64,000 nucleotides of DNA from Paecilomyces variotii (Eukaryota): NCBI GenBank assembly GCA_004022145.1, contig RCNU01000003.1; one strand, 5' to 3'. The notes beneath the pieces were generated by a model. It was not told where the DNA came from, did not search any database, and saw only the letters and a list, made by a program, of their open reading frames with translations. Position 1 is the first letter of the stretch. Each line of letters begins with the position of its first letter. A program made the position numbers and the translations under genes. Positions 39,432 through 51,070 of this stretch are shown here, in pieces.

Positions 39432-40451
39432 GGTTAGTATTTTATATAAATTATATGAGGTACAGGACATATGTCTCAATGCGAGGAGAAAGATGTTATA
39501 CATCCAATTCTGAATCCTGTATCCTGGTTAAAACAAGCTGCGTTCTCCTCGCGAATCCACGTCCAAAAGGAAATACAGAAATGGAAATACTTCGTCAAGA
39601 TGACAACGCGCCAGGGATAACTATACCAGAGTGATTTAAGTACTAGTAGATGATAGAGAGGACCTAGATAGCAATGCCCAAGTCAATTTCCCCTTCCATT
39701 CTAGGGCGGATGCGGTCTATACCGCTTTATGCTTGGTGTTGCTCCTAAATCACTCCCGGGGTAGTTAATCACACAGATAAAGGGCGGGGCTGCTCAACAA
39801 ATACTCAGTTAGCACTCAAGTAGGCACTCACGGACGGCGTCGAGCATATGAAGATTGATCAGTCATCATGCACTGAGGAGTGAGACCTTTTACCGGCCTA
39901 CTTTTTACCTAACGTTAAGTAGCTCGCTGTCTCCCGTGTATCATGTTTTTTTGCCATGCGCCGCTGGCACTATCAGAAATCTTCGCTCCTGGAATATTGC
40001 CTTGAAATATGGCATGCTCATTATTTCGACCGTTCAAGATTCAAAAATTTTCAGCTTCTTCTTGTCATACCCAGAGGGTTCTGCAAGAGTGGAAATGTGA
40101 CCAGAGAGTAGAGTAGTTATGCTGTTCTAAAGACGATGCCCGAAGGGTCAATTCTATATATATAACCGTTTTATGTCTACCTTATTATAGTTCTCATACA
40201 TTATTTCAAAGGATCTTGGGCATATATATAGACTTAGCCGCCTAGCTAGTAACTAACTAACTAGTCTATCCGTATTCTTACTAAGTTAGTTAGTTGCCTT
40301 GATCTAAGCAACATTTAGTGTTAACCAATACTACCTTCCCTCCTTTCATCTTCTTTTATTTCTTTGGTTTTTACCCCTTCCTTCTTGACATCTACCGGCT
40401 TTTTCCAATCGCATAATCTCCTGCTCAGGTTGGGGGACGAGAGCATACACC

Positions 40452-42119
40452 ATGTCAGTACAAGCCGGCGAAACACTACCAACGTCGAAATATCAACCCT
40501 ATCGGAACTTTGATGAAGAAACTTATGATGTTGGAGTCGTGGATGAGGACGGCACAGTCCTCTATGAAGAACCTTATGGCAGTCTTCTGAATACTATTGT
40601 GCGATACAATGACGCGGCTAAATTAGCCCAATATCTCGAGAATAATGCCCGTGCCACCCTGGGTCATGTCGAGGTCTACTATTGGGATCCATTGTACGTT
40701 GCTGCAGAATCCGGGAGTACCGCAGCACTTGACTTGCTTCTCAAGCATTACGACGCTCATCTAACCGACACTGACATGATACCACTTGAAAAACGGCAAT
40801 TTCGACTGCTTAATGTGGCGTGCTTAAACGCTCGGGTCGATACTGCGCTGTTTCTTTTAGACACCCGACCTGTATTGGCAAGCCTCCATGCTAGAGATGA
40901 TTCTTGCATGGGGCGTGACAATTGCGAGACCCCGCTGCTCTCGGCTGCATCTTCCTTTGCCTATTGCCCGCCCGGCGTCGAGGAAGATGACCTTGCAATC
41001 TGTGCTAAACAGGCACGTGCCGAAGAACTTATGAATCAACTCCTCAACAGAGGAGCTTCCGCTCGAGATGCCTTGACATCTTTGCTTGACGAAAAACAGA
41101 TTTTAGATACAGTCCTCAGTCTGGCCATTTCAAGGGCTAGTTATGGTTTAGTGAAGCGACTCATTGCTGAAGGAGCGGACGTACACGTCAAGACGATGCA
41201 CCAGATCGAACTTTTTTCTCGTCAGTCTGGAGAGGAGATAGTGCAGGATGTTACTCCACTTCATCTGGGGAGTCTCCATGCGAATTTTCATGGTGTTCAG
41301 GCTCTGTTTGATCATCGCGGAGACAAGGCTACTGTTGCGGAAATGGTCTTGGCCAGTGATAGCGCTGGTCGTCTGCCCCTTCACTGGGCCGCACGAGGGG
41401 CTCATGGTCCAGAGTATCACTATATGCTCCCTCAAAACGAAATCGTCACACATACGGTAAACACCGTCAAGCTGCTCTTAAGCATCGATCCAGACACGAT
41501 CAATGCTCGAGACCATAAAGGATACAATGCCTTATGGTATGCAGTCTCTAGCTTCAGAGAAGGTTTTGACCAGCATTTGAATATTCCAAAAACCCTGCTT
41601 GAGTATGGAGCAGAAGCAAATATGCGCGATCAAGATGGCCTAAATGTGTTGCATTTGTTAGCTTTCACGCAAAACGGTGAAGTTATAGACCCGGCGATAA
41701 TAGAACGCCTCGTGGCTCATGGTGCCAAGATCGATGATATTGATATACGTGGAAATACTCCACTCAACCAGATGGCGATGAACTTGCGCCAAGTCGAGGC
41801 CGTGCGAGCTTTACTCCGTTGTGGCGCCAGCATGAGTGTCAAGAATTTGAAAGGCGATACGCCGCTTCACCAGGCGGCAAAGGGAAAGGTGTTTGGCTAC
41901 CGATATGAACTGGCCACTGAGCGGAATGGCATTCCCCTAGATGCTAAGATCACAGCACAAGACTTGATGATGAAAATCTTAGAAGAAGCTGGTGACGGGC
42001 TCGACTTGATGAACGAAAAGAATGCAGATGGCAAAACACCACGACAGCTGCAACAGGAAACACGAATCAAGTGGCACCAGGAAGAGCAAAAACGGTTGAG
42101 CCATATGCAAGACAGATGA
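40452..42119 (+). CDS. Ankyrin-repeat protein, 555 aa, intronless
   Basis: Repeated ankyrin motifs: DPLYVAA, TPLHLGS, GRLPLHWAA, GNTPLNQ, GDTPLHQAA. Confidence 0.85.
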   Translation: MSVQAGETLPTSKYQPYRNFDEETYDVGVVDEDGTVLYEEPYGSLLNTIVRYNDAAKLAQYLENNARATLGHVEVYYWDPLYVAAESGSTAALDLLLKHYDAHLTDTDMIPLEKRQFRLLNVACLNARVDTALFLLDTRPVLASLHARDDSCMGRDNCETPLLSAASSFAYCPPGVEEDDLAICAKQARAEELMNQLLNRGASARDALTSLLDEKQILDTVLSLAISRASYGLVKRLIAEGADVHVKTMHQIELFSRQSGEEIVQDVTPLHLGSLHANFHGVQALFDHRGDKATVAEMVLASDSAGRLPLHWAARGAHGPEYHYMLPQNEIVTHTVNTVKLLLSIDPDTINARDHKGYNALWYAVSSFREGFDQHLNIPKTLLEYGAEANMRDQDGLNVLHLLAFTQNGEVIDPAIIERLVAHGAKIDDIDIRGNTPLNQMAMNLRQVEAVRALLRCGASMSVKNLKGDTPLHQAAKGKVFGYRYELATERNGIPLDAKITAQDLMMKILEEAGDGLDLMNEKNADGKTPRQLQQETRIKWHQEEQKRLSHMQDR

Positions 42120-42514
42120 GATACTTAAGCTATGACTACGACGGCCCTGCTTCGTCGACGCCGTCCACGACCTCTACAGCGTCAGTGCCAGGACCAACAA
42201 CGTCTGGTATTCCTAGTAACTGTAACAAGTATTACGTGGTGCAGAGTGAGTATTGAACATCTCATGCATTCTAAACATCTTACCGACAATACTAATCGCC
42301 ATTGCCTTTTCCCTTTCCTTTGCAACCTGTTCCCTCCTGAGAAGAGTCCAACTCGCTGACCATATAATCAACTACAGCCGGAGATACTTGTCCCATTGTC
42401 GAGTCTAAGTTTGGAATCACAAGCACTGAATTCTTCGCCTGGAACCCGTCGGTCTCGACAGACTGTACCACTAATTTCTGGGTTGGCGAAGCATACTGTG
42501 TTGGTATAGCCTAA
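42116..42514 (+). pseudogene. LysM-domain ORF or 5'-truncated LysM gene remnant (Ser/Thr linker + one Cys-containing fungal LysM); 2 exons
   Basis: Spliced over intron 42246-42377 (GTGAGT...GCTGAC...CAG) it reads [59 protein letters not shown]; no signal peptide. Confidence 0.7.
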
Positions 42515-43341
42515 GAGCACTGTAACTAAGACTTACCGTTAGTCAGCTAATAATCTTTCGAATATGGTCATTTCTTCTCCCTAGCTGATCCAGATCATGC
42601 AGGGTTCACATTAAGCACTTTGTTGAATTAGTTGACGAACTTCCTGCGATATAGAAGTCTTTAATTGTATAAATAGACTGTTCAGGTATTTCCTCTGGTT
42701 TAAACGGGATCAAACCAGCAGCTCCCAATCCGCTATTATCGTATCCAGTATGAACGCCCGTATGCAAGCTTCAGTACAAGAACTTAGGGAGTCAAGCTTG
42801 TCGAGGTTATTGAACTCTCAATAAACAGTCTGGGGGTAATTTATTAAAGCCCCTCATGTTAAGCTCGAAATGTTAGAAAAGGGCTCAGATGCCAAAGTCC
42901 GCCAAACAGCAACAGCCAACGGGAGAAAATTCTCACCAGGATTGCTTACTTAGTGAACTCTTTATAATTCTCAGTATAGATGGCATATATGTTCATTTAG
43001 CACTCAAGGTATTCAGCATTAGCTCAGTAGGTGCTCAGCATTGCTCACTGGCCGAGTCAGTCTATAAGTAGTCACTGGCGTGGGACAGAAGAAGAAGTCG
43101 AGAGGTCGTCGCACATATCTGTTACATATATAGAACCTAGGTACTCTCCACAACTCTGTTTTAAGCAGTATCCCGCATGTGGGTTATGTCATTTGATGTT
43201 TAGCTACCCTAACGAGGTTTCCTGCAGGTAAAAGCCCAGAGGCGTGTCGCAGCTCAATCAGTACAGCGACCAAACCCTGACAGTAAAACAAAGCATGGAA
43301 CAATCACATTGGACACAGAACATGAATGCCCCTTGAAATCC

Positions 43342-44356
43342 TTAATATAACCGCCCGAGTGGGAATCCCGGCGGGAAGTGTCTCGTTTTACACTTTGTAC
43401 ATCTCAACCAAGTCTCCTTCTCTATCCGGCGCCTATCCTTCCCAACCAGTTCGACGACACAGCCGAACTCATGACCACATTGGCGGCACTCTGTGTTTGT
43501 CTGGAGAGTCTCAATCAGGCCTGTTTCCCTGGCTATAACATGTCTCAGGTATCCCGTCGCACGACGATGCAGATCACATTCATTGCCCCATGTCCCTACA
43601 GTACCGCTGAAGATGTCCCATGCGAATTTCTCGAACTTCAAGAAAGCTTCTTTAAACGCAGATTCCTCAAAAACTATTCTCTGGCTTTGGCTCAGATATT
43701 CATTGAGGTGGAATACGACATGGCTCTTGAGCGCATCGTCGTCCGCGTGCGTCTTCTCGTAGATCTCACCGATGAGCTCGACAAAGTCGTCTGGGATCTC
43801 ATCGCTCATCTGCCGTGGGCGAAAATTCGCCATGAACCCACGGGCTGCTAGCTCCTTCAAGTTATCAAGGAAGAATCTGTCTGCGGCGATGTAGATTAAA
43901 ACACAAGCGAACGCTTTCGACATGACTGTTCCCATATAGTCCTCATTCTTATCCCAGTCAGCTAGCTCAGAGTCGAGACGCTTCCCCGTGGTATAAGCTT
44001 GTTCTCGTCAGCACTATCTGTTATATAAAAAGAACAACCGTCTCTTTTGCTTGGAATAACTTACAATAGTACTCCGGCGGCGAATGGACCAGATGCAACT
44101 GCAGCTTCCCCGTATACATATATGCCAAGAGGGCGTGAACAACGTCCGGCTGTATGTCCCTGAGGGTAAGTCGTCCATTTTGCCCTTCGGAGAAAGTTCC
44201 CCTGACAAGTGTCTGGAAGTAGGGAGACTCTCGGCTAATTATATCTTTATGCACCCAGAACAAGCGGCCCTGGCAGCTGATCCGGAAGTCTGTGCTGTCG
44301 ACGTTGTGAGGATAGTAATTCCGTCCCCGGAAGACTTGGGGTCTTGCGGTACTCAT
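43342..44356 (-). CDS. BTB/POZ-domain protein with C-terminal Cys pairs; 2 exons
   Basis: TDFRISCQGRLFWVHKDIISRESPYF...FSEG...LLAYMYTG BTB signature; intron ~43998-44064 keeps the frame; VLIYIAADRF helix; CRQC...CTKC. Confidence 0.8.
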
Positions 44357-45207
44357 TTCGGAAGGAGTGCGGTTCCTGGAGAGCAGTACTAGATACAAAG
44401 ATGGATATATCTGTATGTTGATACCACGAAGATCTTAGCAATATCTCCAGTACCAACTTGATGATTTTGATAGATATCAGCGATCAAACAAGCTTATTGT
44501 TCAAATATGCAAGTTCAAGCGTGCAGAATGTAAATGTGAGACAAAGAGATAGAACATACAGCACGAAACTGGCACAGAATGCAGTTTTATATACCCAGTA
44601 AAGTACATCTATGACTAACATCTAACATCGAGTCAGAGATATTCATTGTTAATATGTTCACAGAAAACAAGCATAATACCCACTGTTGATGAAACTTCCC
44701 TACTGCCGCCCTTCACCTCTTGTAGACTCATGCCGTGATCAATCATAAAGGACGCTGGACAATGGAAGTGGCTGGAGACAACACGGTGGCTTTCTAATAT
44801 CATCTAATGCAACAAGGAGATAGCGACAAAGAGTTCCCGCAACAGCCATTATGCTATATATAGTATGTGTGAAGATCTAGGATCACGGAAGCAAAGATTC
44901 TGAAGGAGAATATGAAAAAGGGAATGATCTCTGGATTGCTTGAAGAACTAACTGACACCGGAACATATCAGCTATTTATGCTGCTCGACTCTATCCCAAT
45001 ATCGCAGCTGTCTAGAGCTGAACTGAACACTCACCTAATTACACCGTTCCACGGTTCTACTCCCGTCTTCTTTGATCCCATGCAGGTGGATCTATGTAGC
45101 TTTCCGTTGTAGTTGCTATCCGGTTTGTACAGAGAAGCAGCATCGGAACACAGCAGGTTTGCAACTCGCCCTATGAAATACAGCCACATGCCCATGTTTC
45201 CAGACTA

Positions 45208-45945
45208 CTACGCTCTAAACTCCTCCAGCTTCTTTTTCTGCAGCCCATTCTCATCAAAGTTCTCCCTATCCAACCACCTCTCCATGGCCTGTTTGCACCC
45301 TTTCTCTCCTTCCCACTCATCCTTCAAAATAGCAAACCATGCCGTGTCTCGACTTCTTCCTTTGACAATCATGTGCTGTCTAAACAGGCCTTCGTAGCGG
45401 AAACCAAATCTCATCGCTGCACGCTTCGACGGTTCATTTAGAGCATTGCATTTCCATTCCAGCCTACGGTAGCCAAGATCCTCAAAGACATATCGAGCAG
45501 CTAGATAGACAGTTTCAGTTGCAGCTGTGGTGCGCTGCAAAGCAGGCGAGAAGAGAATGTTGCCAATCTCGACGCAAAGATCTGATGTCGCGAAACGCAT
45601 TAGAGCTAGGTAGCCGACTAATTCTTTTTTGACCTCGGTTTCCGGGGTGGAGGATGTTTTGAAGACGGCATAAAAGAATGGATCTTCGGAGCGCGCTTTG
45701 GCTGCTATTGCGACGCGGAATTCATCGAACGTTCCGTATGGTCCATCGCCCATGTAATCCCATAGAGGAGCATGTATGGGATCTGTTCCTCCGACAATCG
45801 CGAAGAGATCGTTTGCGTGTGACTCTGTGAGGGGTTCTAGGAGGACTGTACGGCCGCGAAGAGTGGTGTTTCGAGACGGCCGAAGCGCGGGGATAGGCAG
45901 GGTGACCAGAGGGCCTACTGGTCGAGATGAAGTCGAAGGAACCAT
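45208..45945 (-). CDS. GNAT acetyltransferase, RimJ/RimL-like
   Basis: VEIGNILFSPALQRT and LGYRRLEWKCNALNEPSKRAAMRFGFRYEGLFRQHMIVKGRSRDTAWF; intronless. Confidence 0.88.
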   Translation of the reverse strand: MVPSTSSRPVGPLVTLPIPALRPSRNTTLRGRTVLLEPLTESHANDLFAIVGGTDPIHAPLWDYMGDGPYGTFDEFRVAIAAKARSEDPFFYAVFKTSSTPETEVKKELVGYLALMRFATSDLCVEIGNILFSPALQRTTAATETVYLAARYVFEDLGYRRLEWKCNALNEPSKRAAMRFGFRYEGLFRQHMIVKGRSRDTAWFAILKDEWEGEKGCKQAMERWLDRENFDENGLQKKKLEEFRA

Positions 45946-46490
45946 TGCTGTATCAATCGACTTCCAGGTATTTATGCCTTATACGTTCAGAATACTGTGT
46001 TTATCCGCATATGTATGGTTCGAGTTGTTGCTAAGTTTGTCTAAATTTCCGATAACAACTTGGTCCCGACTACCTACTTATGTAGTGAGTCACCCAAGCC
46101 CCGACGGACATGGATTGCAACATCCAGTCCACTGACATCCTTCTCTCAGCCTAAAGCTCCAATACAGAAGACTCTTCACAGAATAGTTGTCCAGGATTGT
46201 TACATTACTCTGCAATATGATGAGTGAACTCCTCTATCTCGAAACGCGTACTATTATAAACCTGAAATCGAAAAAGCGGACTTCTTGTTAAACTCCCTGT
46301 CTGTACGCAAGGCCATACGTAAATTATCTTTTTTGTTTGGCGGAGAAATGATGCTACTTGATTAGCAATGGGTTGAGGAATACCATGCATTATTCCATAG
46401 CCTGGGCTGTCAACTTCGCCAGGGTGGTAGAGTACAGATTGAGGGGCATAATTCTGAGCTCTGGCTTCCAGGAGACCATCTCTATGGGGG

Positions 46491-46492
<2 letters not shown>

Positions 46493-46525
<33 letters not shown>
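46493..46525. repeat. Poly(A) tract, 33 nt
   Basis: Read directly from the sequence. Confidence 0.95.
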
Positions 46526-46530
<5 letters not shown>

Positions 46531-47098
46531 TGTGGGAGCGAGCTGAGAGCTTCGACCTTTTCTTCAAGAAAGCCAGAAACGGAAGAGGCAGCCGAGAATT
46601 GCGAAAGCTTGGACATTTGACTCTGAGTGATCACAATGGGAGATTTTAGAGCAACAACAAAGTCCACCAACCCAATATTAATGATCTCGTCATCTTCGGC
46701 GGGAAGTGCCACCGAGAATCTTGAGCCTCCACTAGATTTGTAAGTGAGATCTGGCAAAGGTGGCCTATTGGAAGCGCTTCTTATATCCTGCATCTGGTCG
46801 TCTCTTGTCAGGCTTTCCTCATTGTAGGAAACATTGGGAAGTAGCCTTGCTTGCAATTGGTGATAACTACTGTGCGTTCCCGAATTCTCCTAGCATGCGA
46901 GCCTGCCCTGGTGGAGGCACATTATGGCCATATGTTTTTATATCGTTAAGATATCTGTTCCAGTCGCCATATCTGCGGAGCCAATTTCAAGATTTCACGC
47001 AAGTTTCCATAGTCAAATGGGACTCTTTCAGATAATAAGGTTTCTTCTCTCCAATTTTGTGAATTTTAGCAGGTTCTTCTAGTATTTGTATTGTAGTT

Positions 47099-47308
47099 CT
47101 CGTCGTTGAGATATGCGAGAATTGTACTTTCGATGCTAATTCCCACCTCTTCACGGCCTCGCTATCTGTTGTCCCAGCCTCTCGCAGCAGTGCGATCTTC
47201 TGCATGAGGTAATCACCTAGCGGAAGTTTGTCTGCTGTGGCGAATGAGAAGGTTAAGTTGCCTCGTCGTTGAGATATGCGAGAATTGTACTTTCGATGCT
47301 AATTCCCA
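47099..47308. repeat. Perfect 47-bp direct repeat (47099-47145 and 47262-47308)
   Basis: CTCGTCGTTGAGATATGCGAGAATTGTACTTTCGATGCTAATTCCCA occurs twice, 163 bp apart. Confidence 0.92.
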
Positions 47309-50300
47309 GCCATTGAGATCCTTGAGTTTCACATCAAAGGGATGGTCTACCACATGAACAGTAGGAGCGTATACAGGCTGTCTGCCGCTAGGTAGTACGT
47401 CTGAGCGTTTCGGAGGCGGAGCCAGTACTTATTTCCTCTCTCCTGGCTTTTTGCTCCCATTGAGCTGAGGTCTTCGGGAGAGTGTACACCATCAGTAATG
47501 CAATACACAAAACATATGCTCCGACTCACTGTTGCCATGGCATTTTGGTTGCGGCGGAAGTAGAGCGATCTCCGTTCAGGATCGCTATGTATGTAAAATA
47601 AGCAACGTTTGTCGTCTTTGTCATGGTGCAGTATCAGTTGTGGTAGTATTTGTATTGGTGTTGCAAGTGTGGGAAGGTTAGAAAGACTTCAGAAGCGGAT
47701 ATTATTGACCTCTGCGGACAATAATTCAGGATTAATAGTCAATTCGGTCGCACTCGTTGTGGCCCTTCCTGTTACAGCAATTGCAGTGACTAGTTATACT
47801 AGTAAAACATCAGTACTGATCAATAAGACAATAGAAACTAGTATAATTTTTAAAAAAACTAAAACCCCCGAATACACGGATTTCATTAGTTGAACTTTTG
47901 AGATGTGGTGGTTTTGCTGGAACTTTCGTGTCAGCTAGCACAACCGTATGTATGCGGTCACCCGATTGAATTCACAGTAAGTGAGCAGGCGCAGCCCCCC
48001 GGGTCAGAACCAAATAATTAAAATAATACATCCACTAAGGGAGGAATTCCGATGGGGACATAAGTAAGGGGCCCCTCTCAGAAGTAAAACCTAGTAATCA
48101 CAGTAAGGGCACATTTTTGCGCATTTGGGGGATATCCTAAAAGCTGTTAGTATTACCAAACAGTACCAATAGAGATCAATAGATACATACAACTACGGAA
48201 GTCGACTGCACGACTAGACGAAAAAAAGAGGACTCCTTAGAGGTCTGGCCCCTAGGTCTGATGTAAAACAAGCAAAAGTGGTCATTGTTGCAGTTATTGT
48301 ATTATAAGAATAAGAGAAAGCATATTGAATCATTTGGTATAAGTATGAGATCGATCTCTCTGACGACCACGCCCGAGCAGAGCATGAGATGACACCAGTA
48401 TGATCTGAGTAGCAGTTCTGATATCACTAATCCATTCTCTCAGGAATACAAGAGTTCTTTCTGGATAGGGAGAAACTTTTACAAGGGAAGAGAAGATGCG
48501 GGGACTGCAGCTTTATGTAACTTCCCTGGAATGGATCATATCCAAGTCATTGATGGAATGGCAGGGAGGTTCCGACTCTTTTTGCCTTCACAAAAGGTGA
48601 ATTGTGTGCGGGGGTTATTGATGAATTTACTCTTTGGAAGGTGTGTGTGTGGATTGGATTGAGTGATAGGGAAGAGTTACGGAATGGGTAGGTTAGTGAC
48701 TCGCTAATTCTCTTTTTTTTTTGGTACAGTTGTACAGATACAATATAACTACAAACTTGGTAGATTCACTATTTTGGATCCCTCCCAGTAGAACCCTATC
48801 CCGGTGTAGATAGGCAAGCAGGCAGGCATAAAGAAGGTGTGGACCGTCGATAAGAACCGGTTATTTCTGTATCTATCTAGGATCGGTGATTTGTATACCT
48901 AGGGACGACTTTCACTTGCATTAATTCAGCTTTTCTATAATCTTCAATATTAATAGTCTGATAGTCTCCACATAATAATAGTTATCACTAGCCAATAATA
49001 CAGATTTAGTAATACCTATGCAGTGATCGTTATTATGCCGTAATACCTTGATCCTCCTAGTCACATGTTCACCCCTTTATGATAGCGATTTAGCATTTCC
49101 TTCAAGAGTATTCGAAAATCACATACATATAGTTAGTAGAGAATGCCGTTCTAAGCTGAACATCCCTGAATACTCGCATAATATCCTATCGTAGACCAGA
49201 TCCCCAACGTCTGAACGCGTCAACCTTCCCATTCAAGGAGGCGCATGATTATTAAAAATTGTTATTGAGCACCCCCAGCATGTATCATTTATTTTCTTCA
49301 CACCGAGTTTCAAGTCCCGATCTTAAGAATAGACTCAGAAACAGACCACTCTAGACTAGACTAGTTAGTCAATAGTGCCCGATACTGCACTCTTCCTCCG
49401 AGGATGAAAGTTGCCCCTAACTGGGGCTGAAGTTTGAGCTGCCACCCCAGCTCTGCGTTGGGTTCTGGAAGAGTCTCGTGCGCCACCGGAGATGGGTGTT
49501 TAGACTGCCCTGGACCTGGACTGTTACTTTAGTGGTTAATCGCAATATTGGTTATCTACTTAGTATGGTCTAGGCGGGTGTGCTAAGGTAGGGGACTGGA
49601 CAGTGCAGGTAGTTCGTGAAACGGTCGTGCGTTTGCTTGGGGTATCTATTAGTTATTCGAGAACTATCTACTCCGTATTCTGACGCAGAGAACAGCGCAA
49701 TTGAGAACAGATCGTGTTGTTATTTCTACGATTGTTGATGCTGTGCAGAGAGGATTCGTCACCCTGGCCCGGCTGACAAGAGACTCAAGACGACTCATCG
49801 ACTCCCACGACAGTAGCTATCTACGGATGAAGATCGCCGAGTTTCAGCCAGAGAATAGTGTTTGTGCTTTTAGGTATTATCATTACTGCTGCAGTCTGGA
49901 CTCGGCTCCATTTCACTGGGCTGAGGAAACAGCCGTCCAATCAGATGCTCAAGGCTGGTAAAAGTTGATAATTATGGAGCACAAGGGAATAATAATAATA
50001 TAATATAAGGTCGAGAAGATCATCCGGATATTCCAGCTGGACTGAGGGGCTTGAGGCAGTCTAGACACGAAGCAAAAGAGAAAAGAAGCTTATTATTTTT
50101 TATTTTTACTGCTGCTGACGTTGCCTCGGCAGTTGTATGTTGGATAAGGATGAATCCGGTCTGGATTTTGACCGAATTGGAAGATCATTTTCAACGTTCC
50201 CCGAGTTGAAAGGCTGAAGGTGTACAAAAACGTGCATTCCCCGAAATTAGCTGTGGCAGTGTCACGTTGCTGGCGTGGCCGATGCTGGTAAGCCCGTTCA

Positions 50301-51044
50301 TTTTTGTATAGCATGGCTCTTTCCTACTTACCGTATCGGGTAGGGTTTAACGGCGACTTGGCGTTCTCGTGGCTTTAAGGCTATCGAAGCCCCCCAAAAA
50401 AAAAAAATCGAAACGGCAGTCTTGGCACTGATGCTAAGCTTTTCAGCCACGGCGCCTTGGAGGCTTGAAGCGGGCCTCTGGGGGCGATTCATCCATCGGA
50501 TCCGTGGATCAGACAGAAACGAAAAGATGATGGCGGCTGATGATTGACGGACTGATTGATCTAATCTCGCGTATATTTGCATGCACGTCGTTTGCAGTGT
50601 TCATTTTTTGCCATGGCGTCCGACCTAGGAAGTGCGATCTAGGCCCGAGTCAGAAACGATGAGAAGTACCGTAGGGCAGTTCTAGATATCCTTTGTCCCG
50701 ACCGGGAGTTGCCGATTTTTCCAAGTTGGAACGTGTCCCGGGTTGGTCGACACGAGAATACTTCGATGCTTGAGATCAGGATGGGGGAGTACGGTTGTGT
50801 GGAATTCCTTGTTTGACAGCATTTGACTTGCATGCAAGGATGCGGAGGGACTGTTTCTCTGGCATGCACGTAGCAACCTAGAGTAGGTACGCTGCAAAAC
50901 AAGCTCGCGAGAGTGCCAGCGAGTGGTTAGTGAGTGTTATTATTATTATTATGATTATTATTGTGATTGTATTGGTAACTACTTGATATCCATACCGGCG
51001 TCAACTTGCGCAAAAGCCACGAGAAGCCACTTGCGTCACTGGGA

Positions 51045-51070
51045 GGCGCATCGGCGCATCGGCGCATCGG
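51045..51070. repeat. Tandem repeat (GGCGCATC)x3
   Basis: Read directly from the sequence, upstream of the bZIP gene. Confidence 0.85.

Larger units (their letters stand above)
46205..47538 (-). pseudogene. Decayed pseudogene of an uncharacterised fungal protein family
   Basis: ATGGCAACA|GTGAGT first intron, then protein-like blocks in shifting frames (SAQWEQKAR..GSASE; WNRYLNDIK..LGEFG; DDEIINIGLVDFVVAL; RDGLLEA) interrupted by stops and frameshifts. Confidence 0.55.

Noticed and set aside
47099..47308. Repeat-spacer-repeat pattern suggestive of CRISPR
   Set aside because: Only two copies, a 116-bp spacer, eukaryotic context and no cas genes.
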